The position numbers and the translations under genes are program-made. This document shows, piece by piece, positions 26,946 to 34,742 of a stretch of DNA of 64,000 bases. The DNA comes from Candidatus Latescibacterota bacterium (GTDB lineage Bacteria; Latescibacterota; UBA2968; UBA8231). Where the stretch lies: the NCBI GenBank assembly GCA_965203355.1, contig OZ241889.1, positions 4,107,185 to 4,171,184 of the forward strand, written 5' to 3'. The notes under the pieces are model-generated. The model did not search any database. It had not been told where the DNA came from and was given only the letters and a program-made list of their open reading frames with translations. Position 1 is the stretch's first letter. Every line of letters starts with the position of its first letter.

Positions 26946-29066
26946 ATGCAACGCCTTATTGCTTCGTATTTCCTACTCGTCCTGTCAACTGCGCCCGTTC
27001 ATAGCCGCGGGGAGTTTCGCGTCGGAGGCGACGACGGCAACCCTTGGCCCAGCCTACTGTCTCAAGAAGGAGTTGGCGAATACTGGCTCTTTGATGCCGA
27101 GGGTCAAGTCGTGGGCACCGAACCCGTGGGTACCACGCCCCACGGCGTAGCGGCCGACACGCTCATCGACTTTGCCGACAACGCCATCGGGCCGCGCTTT
27201 ATCAACCCGGCGGTCAACCTGACTCTGACCGACCCCAATTCCTCGGATATCAAGATTCCTCTGCCCTACACTGGCGGCATAGTGCAGACGACCGATGGCT
27301 GCTCGGCTCTCGACGACCAACTCCGCGCCGTGAAGAAGCAGTTCGACGGTGATTTCACCACGGCCCACTTCCGCCGCTTCACCCCAGGCCAAGGCATTTT
27401 CAGCGGCGGCTCGATCATCGCCGGGGTCACCGGCGAGGGCTGGAAGCAATCGGTCGTCATCGACTTTGGCACGGCCGTGCCGGTCAACCGCATCCGCTTT
27501 CTGCCCCGCTTCGGGCGAGAAGATGACATCTTGCTCATCGAGGAACTCACGGAGCCCAAGCCACCGCTGGAAGCATTTGGCGAAGATAGCTTCGCCGCCA
27601 ACTTCCTCGCCTGGTACGAGCTGCGCAAGGGCGACAACACCGTGCGCTTTGCCAACAGCCCCTGCGACCGAGTCAGCCGCGTCACTAAGGGGCTGCGCTG
27701 GATACAAAACCAAGACCCCGAACTCACCGTACTCGAATCCAACCGAGAAAATCTCGATCCAGTGGTAGAGTTGCGCTTCCCCACCGAGTCGATCCGCTAC
27801 ATCACGGCCCAAGCCTTTCCCCTGCGCGATTGGGAAGTCGCCGAATTCGAGGTGTACGGCGAGGGCTTTGTCGAGGAGACCGTCCTCGTCACTCAGATCC
27901 TCGACTTTGGCGAGCCAATCAACTGGGGCAAGATTCGCTGGGATGCTGACGTGCCCGCGGGCACTCGCATTGAGGTACGCACCCGCACCGGCAACGCACC
28001 CGATCTCAGCCTCTACTTCGACGAAAACATCAACGGCGACATTCGCCCGATCACCTTGGCCGCATACGAAAAACTCGACCCGTCCGGTCGCCTGCCTACC
28101 GCGTATGACACCGACAACTGGAGCTTCTGGTCTCCGCCCTACGATTTTGCCGCGGGCTTGCGAGACAGCGCCGTACCGGCTGAGGCTTGGCGGGACGGCA
28201 CACCGCTTTTGTCGCCCGGGCCGAGCCGCTATATCCAACTTGCCTTTCGCCTGTTTTCCACCTTTACCACCGCGCCGCGCATCGGCTCATTCGCGATCCA
28301 ATTCGGCGATGCACCGGCTGCCCGCCAAATCCTCGGCGAAGTGTGGCCCATTGCCGTCAATTCCTTCGCGCCCACGGAATTTACGTATGTAGTCCGGCCG
28401 GAATTCACCGCCGCCGACACGGGCTTCGACCGGCTGGAGATCCGCACCCACGCTCAAGTCCAAGCCGTCTCTGCGGTCAAACGCGACGGCACCGAACTCG
28501 ACTTGGACACCTTTGAGCCAGATATCCAAGCCGATCATTTCGTGGTGTCCTTCCCCCGTTTGCAAGGCGAAGACGACAGCTTCAAACAGCTCGAAGTGCG
28601 CTTTGTGGTGCCGGTCTTGCGCTTTGGCACTGAGTTTTCGGGCTGGGTATTCGACAGCAACGACCCCGACCATATCAAACAGCAAATTCGCCCGGGCAAC
28701 GCCACCTTTCGCTTTTCGGGCGACGGGCTCGCCGTCAACACGCCGGTCGGCGGCCGGCTCCTCGTCGATATTGCGGTGACTTCCAACCCGCTTACGCCGA
28801 ATGGCGATGGCGTGAACGAGACCGTGGAAATCGCCTATAAGCTGCGCGAAGTTACGGCTAGCCGCCCGGTGCAACTGGCGATCTACAACCTCGCCGGTCA
28901 ACTCGTAGTCGAGCTGCCGCCCATCACCGCACGCAGCGGCGAATTCGCCCATCGCTGGGATGGCCGCAACGCCGCGCAGCAACTCGTCTCCCCGGGCACC
29001 TATATCTGGCGGCTGCAACTAGAAGAGAAAGAGGAACGCACCGGGATACTCGCAGTCGCTTATTGA
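26946..29066 (+). CDS. Secreted protein with C-terminal FlgD-Ig / T9SS-CTD-like domain
   Basis: Start ATG 26946 gives a signal peptide; RTRTG, WSFWSPPY, SPGPSRYIQ, GEVWP; NPLTPNGDGVNE...WDGRNAAQQLVSPGTY...LAVAY. Confidence 0.82.
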   Translation: MQRLIASYFLLVLSTAPVHSRGEFRVGGDDGNPWPSLLSQEGVGEYWLFDAEGQVVGTEPVGTTPHGVAADTLIDFADNAIGPRFINPAVNLTLTDPNSSDIKIPLPYTGGIVQTTDGCSALDDQLRAVKKQFDGDFTTAHFRRFTPGQGIFSGGSIIAGVTGEGWKQSVVIDFGTAVPVNRIRFLPRFGREDDILLIEELTEPKPPLEAFGEDSFAANFLAWYELRKGDNTVRFANSPCDRVSRVTKGLRWIQNQDPELTVLESNRENLDPVVELRFPTESIRYITAQAFPLRDWEVAEFEVYGEGFVEETVLVTQILDFGEPINWGKIRWDADVPAGTRIEVRTRTGNAPDLSLYFDENINGDIRPITLAAYEKLDPSGRLPTAYDTDNWSFWSPPYDFAAGLRDSAVPAEAWRDGTPLLSPGPSRYIQLAFRLFSTFTTAPRIGSFAIQFGDAPAARQILGEVWPIAVNSFAPTEFTYVVRPEFTAADTGFDRLEIRTHAQVQAVSAVKRDGTELDLDTFEPDIQADHFVVSFPRLQGEDDSFKQLEVRFVVPVLRFGTEFSGWVFDSNDPDHIKQQIRPGNATFRFSGDGLAVNTPVGGRLLVDIAVTSNPLTPNGDGVNETVEIAYKLREVTASRPVQLAIYNLAGQLVVELPPITARSGEFAHRWDGRNAAQQLVSPGTYIWRLQLEEKEERTGILAVAY

Positions 29067-29090
29067 CCAACGGCGTTGAGCGCGTTTCAA

Positions 29091-29125
29091 GCGGGCGTGG
29101 GTTTATTCCCTCGCCCGCATTTTTT
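29091..29125 (+). terminator. Rho-independent terminator
   Basis: GCGGGCGTGGG/CCCTCGCCCGC stem followed by a T-run, after the stop at 29066. Confidence 0.7.
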
Positions 29126-29145
29126 GTGGAAAAGCGAAGAAGTGC

Positions 29146-29180
29146 TTGACACGTAAGTTTTTTTTTTTTTAGACTTACGT
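29146..29180 (+). promoter_or_regulatory. Sigma70 promoter with poly-T spacer and overlapping inverted repeat
   Basis: TTGACA 29146-51, 18-bp spacer, TAGACT 29170-75; T13 run 29158-70; ACGTAAGT/ACTTACGT inverted repeat. Confidence 0.7.
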
Positions 29181-29260
29181 CATCTTTGAGCTTGGGCTTA
29201 GGCCCTTGGTGCAGTTTTCACACAGCACTTCTCACTTCTCCTAAAGGAGGGTTTTTCGCT

Positions 29261-30163
29261 ATGCAAGATCGGACCAAATTCGCTTTGGCGGCAGCCTTAG
29301 TCATGGGCTTGTGCGGTACGTCTTTTGGCCACGCGCCGCCCGGCGAGCTCTACTTCGCCGTGCAGTTCCCCGACAACCTCGTCCCCACCATGGACGGCGA
29401 CCTGTCGGATTGGGATGTCGTGCCGATTGATCCGTACACGATTCGCAACGACCGCCTCTATTCGCCGGTGGCCGACATCCAGCCCGTGGGCCGCGGCGAG
29501 ATCGATGTCAGCGACATCAACATCCGCCATCTCATCGGCTGGAACGACAGTGCCAACAAGCTCTACTACATGTCCGAGGTTTTCGACAATGTCCACAACT
29601 TGGACCGCGAAAACCCCTCGGCCTTCTGGCAGGATGACGCTTGGGAAGTAGAAGTCAACCCGGACCACACGCCGACCGAGGAGCAGAACCTCGAAGGCGA
29701 GCCAGCCAACAACTTTAGCTATAAGTGGGCGGTGCCGCCGGTCGAAGGAGCCTATCAGTTCTACCGCCCGGTGCGGGCACTGGAGTGGTTCGTGGATGGC
29801 AGCGAATGGATCGATTTCGGCTGGAGCTACGACGGCGAGCAGTTCGGCGAGAGTACCTATTATTACGAGCTGGCCATCACGCCGATCATCTCAATGCCTA
29901 ACGACGAGTCGGCCACCCCCGAGCAAACCGTGATTTTCGACCTCGCGGAAAACGAGATCATCCACACATCCGTGACCGTAGGCGACTTCGACGAGCCATG
30001 CACCGAGTGTGTGCTCGAAAGCTATCAGGGCTTCTGGACCATGGCTCCGTCAGCGTGCTGCACGGCCACCAACGACGTGGTGCTGGCCGAGATGGAGCCT
30101 TCGATGGCGTCCATGACCGCTGTCGAGGACGTAAGCTGGGGCCAGATCAAGGCCGCTTATTAA
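29261..30163 (+). CDS. Secreted CBM9/DOMON-like sugar-binding protein with C-terminal TAVExxSWGxIK motif
   Basis: RBS AAAGGAGG; signal peptide; PTMDGDLSDW, GWND..NKLY...VFDN, DDAWEVEV; ends TAVEDVSWGQIKAAY. Confidence 0.7.
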   Translation: MQDRTKFALAAALVMGLCGTSFGHAPPGELYFAVQFPDNLVPTMDGDLSDWDVVPIDPYTIRNDRLYSPVADIQPVGRGEIDVSDINIRHLIGWNDSANKLYYMSEVFDNVHNLDRENPSAFWQDDAWEVEVNPDHTPTEEQNLEGEPANNFSYKWAVPPVEGAYQFYRPVRALEWFVDGSEWIDFGWSYDGEQFGESTYYYELAITPIISMPNDESATPEQTVIFDLAENEIIHTSVTVGDFDEPCTECVLESYQGFWTMAPSACCTATNDVVLAEMEPSMASMTAVEDVSWGQIKAAY

Positions 30164-30194
30164 GCAAGCCGCGACCGCTTCTTCAGGGTATGCG

Positions 30195-30231
30195 AAACGC
30201 CCTGCTTCCTTCGTCGGGAAGCAGGGCGTTT
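30195..30231. terminator. Hairpin terminator between convergent genes
   Basis: 15-bp perfect stem AAACGCCCTGCTTCC/GGAAGCAGGGCGTTT with 7-nt loop. Confidence 0.75.
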
Positions 30232-30256
30232 GTGTTGAGATGAAGGCAAGCTGTGG

Positions 30257-30640
30257 CTACGGGAGGGCGTATTTAAGAATGAGTTGAACGACCACTAACC
30301 CGACGCTAATGGCCGTTGCCAGCGTCTTGGCACTGCTTTTTAAGCCGGAGATTTCTTTCTCCACAGTGCCAATTTTTACGTCGAGTCGTCGTTCTAACCC
30401 CTGTATATCTTCCTTAGTGGCCACCTTGAGTTCGGCAATCTCGGCTTGAGTAGCCACCTTGAGTTCGGCAATCTCGGTTTGAGTGGCCACCTTGAGTTCG
30501 GCAATGTCCGCTTTGGTGGCTACCTTGAGTTCGGCAATGTCCGCTTTGGTGGCCACCTTGAGTTCGGCAATGTCCGCTTTGGTGGCTAGGTGGTCATACG
30601 CGCCTTCGAGCCGAGCGACCCGCTCCGTAAACTCCGTCAT
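30257..30640 (-). CDS. DUF1640/CCDC90-like coiled-coil protein with C-terminal TM and 11-aa tandem repeats
   Basis: RBS AGAGAGGAG, ATG 30640; ERVARLEGAYDHLATKADIAELKV... and hydrophobic C-terminus. Confidence 0.75.
   Translation of the reverse strand: MTEFTERVARLEGAYDHLATKADIAELKVATKADIAELKVATKADIAELKVATQTEIAELKVATQAEIAELKVATKEDIQGLERRLDVKIGTVEKEISGLKSSAKTLATAISVGLVVVQLILKYALP
30417..30587. repeat. 33-bp tandem repeat, 5 copies plus a partial (ATKADIAELKV)
   Basis: GTGGCCACCTTGAGTTCGGCAATGTCCGCTTTG and variants at 30417, 30450, 30483, 30516, 30549. Confidence 0.95.
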
Positions 30641-30725
30641 AGCACATCTCCTCTCTGTTGGGTTGAGGTCACATCCAACAAGTACCATGCGGCCCATATC
30701 GTTGTCAAGGGAGTCAGTCGCTTTT

Positions 30726-31457
30726 CTAAGCGCCGATCATCTCCTGCATCTTCGCGGCGACCCAGTCAATCGCCACATCCGCCATCACCCGACCTTTCTT
30801 GGGCGTGGCTAAGTCGCGGCCGGCCTCAAAGTAAATCGGGTCGCGCGGCGCGTAGCTCTCACTTTGTATCTGGAGATTGGCCCCCTCGTAATCAACCCCT
30901 TTCCACTGCACGTTCTCGGGAAACGCCGCCATGGCAAACGAGGTCTCAAACTCGGCTGCATGCGCCGGACAATCCCCAGACTCCAACACTTGGGCGACGA
31001 GCTCCCCGGAATACGCCGCCCAATACGAGTAAAACTGCACGTCCATGCCCAAGCGTTTGCCGAACTCCTCGACTTGGTCGCCCAAAGGGCCGTTGCCGGC
31101 GTGGCCATTGCATATCAGGACGTGCTCAATCCCGTGCCGCTTGAGCGACTCGCACACGTCGTAGGCCACGGCAAAAAAGGTCTCTGGCCGCAGGCTCAAG
31201 GTGCCGGGGAACTCCATCCAGTGCTCGGATATGCCGATGGACAAAGGCGTGGCCACCACCGCTTGCGGATAGAGCTGCAAAGCCGCTTGGTGCGCCACAT
31301 GCGCCGCGCTGGCGGTATCGTGCTCCATGGCCAGATGCTCGTTGTGCTGCTCGGTGCTGCCAGTGGGCAAAATCGCCCCCTTAATCAGGCCCTGTTCCAG
31401 CCGCTCGCGCACGTGGCGGCGAGTCAATTTCCACAGCCGTACTTCTTCGACGATCAT
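30726..31457 (-). CDS. Creatininase family amidohydrolase
   Basis: LPTGSTEQHNEHL..EHD, SEHWMEFPGTL, NGHAGN, HAAEFETS. Confidence 0.9.
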   Translation of the reverse strand: MIVEEVRLWKLTRRHVRERLEQGLIKGAILPTGSTEQHNEHLAMEHDTASAAHVAHQAALQLYPQAVVATPLSIGISEHWMEFPGTLSLRPETFFAVAYDVCESLKRHGIEHVLICNGHAGNGPLGDQVEEFGKRLGMDVQFYSYWAAYSGELVAQVLESGDCPAHAAEFETSFAMAAFPENVQWKGVDYEGANLQIQSESYAPRDPIYFEAGRDLATPKKGRVMADVAIDWVAAKMQEMIGA

Positions 31458-31538
31458 CGTTCTACTCCTCGGATTCGCGTTTGACAGTGAAACTCTCAGG
31501 GCCTATCATGCAAAATTAATCGACCGGAGACAACGCCT

Positions 31539-32447
31539 ATGCTCATCGTTTGCTGTTTTTTGCTCTTAGCCGCCCGGCCCCTAGCCGCCCAAACCGCTCA
31601 GTACGAAGGCTTTACTGGTTTTTGGCTCAAAAACGACCGCGCCGAGGCTTTTGCCATCGCCGCGCCGTATCCGCGCGTCCTCGCCTTCCGTCTCAAAGGC
31701 GGCGAAAATCCCCTCCATGTCTCCCGCGAATACGAATACATCGGCGTGCGCTCGTGGTTTTTCGAGCCGACCCAGATTCCCGAATCCGGGCTACCGGCCC
31801 TGCAACCAGCCACAGCCGAGTTGACCGGTGTGCGCTCCACGCGCCTCACCGCCGCCCCAGACGACCGCTCGGGCTTGCGCTTGACTATGGAGATCGCACT
31901 CGACCCCGAGCAACCCATACTCCACATCCGCCACGGCTTCAAAAACATGCGCGACAAACCGCGCCGCATCGCCTGCTGGGTCCTCAACGTCATCCGTCCC
32001 GCGGGCGTCGGCGTCACCCCTTGGCGCACAGGGGGCCGCCGCAGTCTGCTATTCTGGCCCGACACCATCCCCAACGAGGCCGGTATCTACTTGGGGCCTA
32101 GGGCACTGGCGTTGGATTATCGGATAAAACCGCAAAACGGTTGGCAAAAGGTCGGCACCAATGGCGACGCGGGCTGGATCGCCTTTGTCTGGAACGAGAC
32201 CGCACTCAAATCCACCGTCGCCCACATCGCCGCAGCCGAATACCCCGAAGACGGCGGCACGGTGACGATGTTCAACTCCAGGTCTGAACTATTCGACGGC
32301 AAGCCGCGCTTCGGTGAAATCGAAAACGTCGGCCCGCTGAGCGAGCTAATGCCGGGGGGAACCTTGTGGATGGAACAAACACTCGAATTGATCGTCGGCC
32401 TTGACGGCAACGACCCCGAAAGCTGGGTCAAAATGCTGGCCGAATAG
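31539..32447 (+). CDS. Secreted hypothetical protein (DUF4380 / galactose-mutarotase-like)
   Basis: Signal peptide; PRVLAFRLKGGEN, KVGT...GWIA, AEYPEDG, EIENVGPL. Confidence 0.55.
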   Translation: MLIVCCFLLLAARPLAAQTAQYEGFTGFWLKNDRAEAFAIAAPYPRVLAFRLKGGENPLHVSREYEYIGVRSWFFEPTQIPESGLPALQPATAELTGVRSTRLTAAPDDRSGLRLTMEIALDPEQPILHIRHGFKNMRDKPRRIACWVLNVIRPAGVGVTPWRTGGRRSLLFWPDTIPNEAGIYLGPRALALDYRIKPQNGWQKVGTNGDAGWIAFVWNETALKSTVAHIAAAEYPEDGGTVTMFNSRSELFDGKPRFGEIENVGPLSELMPGGTLWMEQTLELIVGLDGNDPESWVKMLAE

Positions 32448-32465
32448 CGGCCTACCAGCCGACCT

Positions 32466-33941
32466 TCACGCCCGCCACAAATCGAGTTGCGGCCTATCGC
32501 CAATTTGGATCAGCGATCCAGCCGCCTCAAAAGGCATGCGCCCGCCAATGCAGTACGTACACAAGTCGCGCTCAGGCAGGCCAGTGCGTGCAAAAGCGTC
32601 TAGCATCCCCTGCCGCGACAAGTAAATCACAGGCATCCCCATGGCCTCGCCGATGGCCTCAGCCGTGCGCCCGCGTGCGATAAACTCTTCACCCGGTGGT
32701 GGGTCCGGCGGCATATCCACCCCAAAGGTGCATCCCCTCGGCACGCCATCGTCGCCGATAATGCCAATCGGCGGCGTGTAACTCACCAAATAAGCCTGCT
32801 CAACGCCAGCTTCCTCGTAGAGCAGGTCGCAGGCGCGCTTGGAATTGTTGCCGCGCACAATGCTGTCGTCGATCAGGATCACGGTCTTGCCCTTGAGCTT
32901 TTGCGCCATCCCGGGCAAAAGATGCAGGTTTTGGTCGATCGAGTTCTTGCGCTCGCCAGCGGTCGATCCTTGGAATGAGCGTTCACCCCGCATCTTATAG
33001 AACACGGTCTCAAAGGGCAATTCCGCCTGCTTGGCGTAGGCGCGGGCCGCTACCTCGGGACAGCGCGGCAGGTACGTAACCAAATCGACGTCGGGCGGTA
33101 GAAATTCCTCGCTGAGCATCTCCCCTAGCGACTCGCGGATGCGGCGCACACTGACACCGTTGATAATCGAGTCGAGATTGGTGATGTAATTCCATTCAAA
33201 AAAGCAATAAGCGAGGTTGGTCGAGACCACCACTTGCTTGCGATAGTTTCCTTCAGGCGTGAGCGAGTAGATCGCGCCCGGCTCCAAGTCCTCGACGTAT
33301 TCGCCGCCGTTTTTGCGGAAGGCAATGTCCTCCGAAGCCATCACGTACTTGCCGTCTTTCCAACCGAGCACCCCGGGTTTGATCCCGGTGCGATCGCGTA
33401 TTGCGATCACGTCTCGCTCACGCTTGTCGGCGATGGCCAAGGTATAGGCACCGGGTACTTCCTTGAGGAAGTTGTGCGCCCCGCGCTCGCGATAGAGATA
33501 GAGCAGGGCCTCGGTGTCACAGCTCGAATACAAGTGCAAGGGAGCCGAGTCCTCGAAGAAGACCCGGTCGACCTGGCCGTTGTGAACGGCCGCCATGTCG
33601 CAGTCCCAGATCAGGATGTGGTTGTCGCGGTGTTCGACCGTGCCGCCGATGACGTGTGGATGGGCCTCCTCGAGGATTTTGTCCTTCGAGCCGCGCGTGG
33701 CGTAGCGCACGTGGGCCATGTAAGTATGGTAATTGGGGCTGAGGAAAATTTTGTGCAGATCGGTCACGTCAAAGCGCGAGACCCCACCCTGCCACTTGAT
33801 CACGTCGATGCGGCCGTCGCCTATTGCCGCGATGCCGGCCGCCTCCCGGCCCCGATGCTGTAGCGAATGAATAAAGCGGTAGGCGTCGTGCAGAGAGTGT
33901 GCTACGGTCAAACCACAGTTGTGGCGAACGACTTCGGCCAT
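32466..33941 (-). CDS. purF: Amidophosphoribosyltransferase (divergent, propeptide and Fe-S type)
   Basis: MAEVVRHN-CG N-terminal nucleophile, QHRGREAAG, HVRYAT, HNGQ, PRPP loop LIDDSIVRG, Cys motifs CFFE, CTFG, CTYC. Confidence 0.82.
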   Translation of the reverse strand: MAEVVRHNCGLTVAHSLHDAYRFIHSLQHRGREAAGIAAIGDGRIDVIKWQGGVSRFDVTDLHKIFLSPNYHTYMAHVRYATRGSKDKILEEAHPHVIGGTVEHRDNHILIWDCDMAAVHNGQVDRVFFEDSAPLHLYSSCDTEALLYLYRERGAHNFLKEVPGAYTLAIADKRERDVIAIRDRTGIKPGVLGWKDGKYVMASEDIAFRKNGGEYVEDLEPGAIYSLTPEGNYRKQVVVSTNLAYCFFEWNYITNLDSIINGVSVRRIRESLGEMLSEEFLPPDVDLVTYLPRCPEVAARAYAKQAELPFETVFYKMRGERSFQGSTAGERKNSIDQNLHLLPGMAQKLKGKTVILIDDSIVRGNNSKRACDLLYEEAGVEQAYLVSYTPPIGIIGDDGVPRGCTFGVDMPPDPPPGEEFIARGRTAEAIGEAMGMPVIYLSRQGMLDAFARTGLPERDLCTYCIGGRMPFEAAGSLIQIGDRPQLDLWRA

Positions 33942-34203
33942 AGACGTTCCTCGCGGCAAAATGTCCAAGGGATGTAGCCCAAAAGTACGAGTGACCGCGC
34001 CATACGGCAAGGCCGCCCTTGTGCCAACAGCGAATCAACGGTCTGGGCAAATGCCGTGTGCGCCGCTGAGAGTACGCCGCCGGTGGAGCTCATGTCATCG
34101 ACCCCGTAAGAGCGCACTTCGTGTCCGGCCAACAAATATCGCGGTGTCCTGTGGGTTGGCTTTCGTTGTTGGGGAAGAAGTTAGAGTCTTGTCGAGCACT
34201 TTT

Positions 34204-34241
34204 AAAAAAAAGCGGGCGAGGGGATCGCGCCCCTCGCCCGC
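34204..34241 (-). terminator. Rho-independent terminator of P-II gene
   Basis: GCGGGCGAGGGG/CCCCTCGCCCGC stem, A8 on the plus strand (U-tract on minus). Confidence 0.8.
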
Positions 34242-34261
34242 TAACTCAGCATCGCCGTAGG

Positions 34262-34600
34262 CTAGATAGCCGCGTCGCCAGTCTCACCAGTGCGGATCCG
34301 CACCACCTCATCTACCGACAGCGTGAAAATTTTGCCGTCGCCAATGTGGCCCGTCCGCGCCGCCTCGCGCACGGCATCCAAGCACTGCTCGGCGAGATCG
34401 TCTCGCACCACGACCTCAACCTTGAGCTTGGGAGTAAAATCAACGACGTACTCGGCACCGCGATATATCTCCTTATGACCTTTTTGGCGGCCAAAACCCT
34501 TGACTTCGCTAACCGTTATGCCTTGGACGCCCAAGCCGCTCAACGCCTTCTTGATAGCGTCTAGCGCGTTGGGCCTCACTACGCACATTAGCATTTTCAT
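34262..34600 (-). CDS. glnB: Nitrogen regulatory protein P-II
   Basis: GFGRQKGHKEIYRGAEYVVDF T-loop with Tyr51, TGHIGDGKIF, RIRTGETG. Confidence 0.92.
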   Translation of the reverse strand: MKMLMCVVRPNALDAIKKALSGLGVQGITVSEVKGFGRQKGHKEIYRGAEYVVDFTPKLKVEVVVRDDLAEQCLDAVREAARTGHIGDGKIFTLSVDEVVRIRTGETGDAAI

Positions 34601-34742
34601 ATCGCCATCTCCTCGCGTGTTGATGCCTAGGAAAAGTAGGTCTCCGCGCCCTCTGGCGCAATGGGCGCAATCGCTTTAGACTTGTGGCCCCGATTATTAG
34701 CCGTTCTCAGTCGGTGCGTCTCTTTTGCATGGTGTAGTTTCA

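Noticed and set aside
14965-29066. FlgD-Ig domains as evidence of flagellar hook-capping genes
   Set aside because: The domain is C-terminal on large Sec-signal proteins and no flagellar genes are present
30417-30587. 33-bp repeats as a CRISPR array
   Set aside because: Units are contiguous with no unique spacers, are in frame within a coding sequence, and no cas genes are present
33942-34200. ZTP (pfl) or purine riboswitch upstream of purF
   Set aside because: Only a loose GGTCG..TGAC..CCACCGG resemblance; the conserved TGGCG and CGCCTGGGC elements are missing
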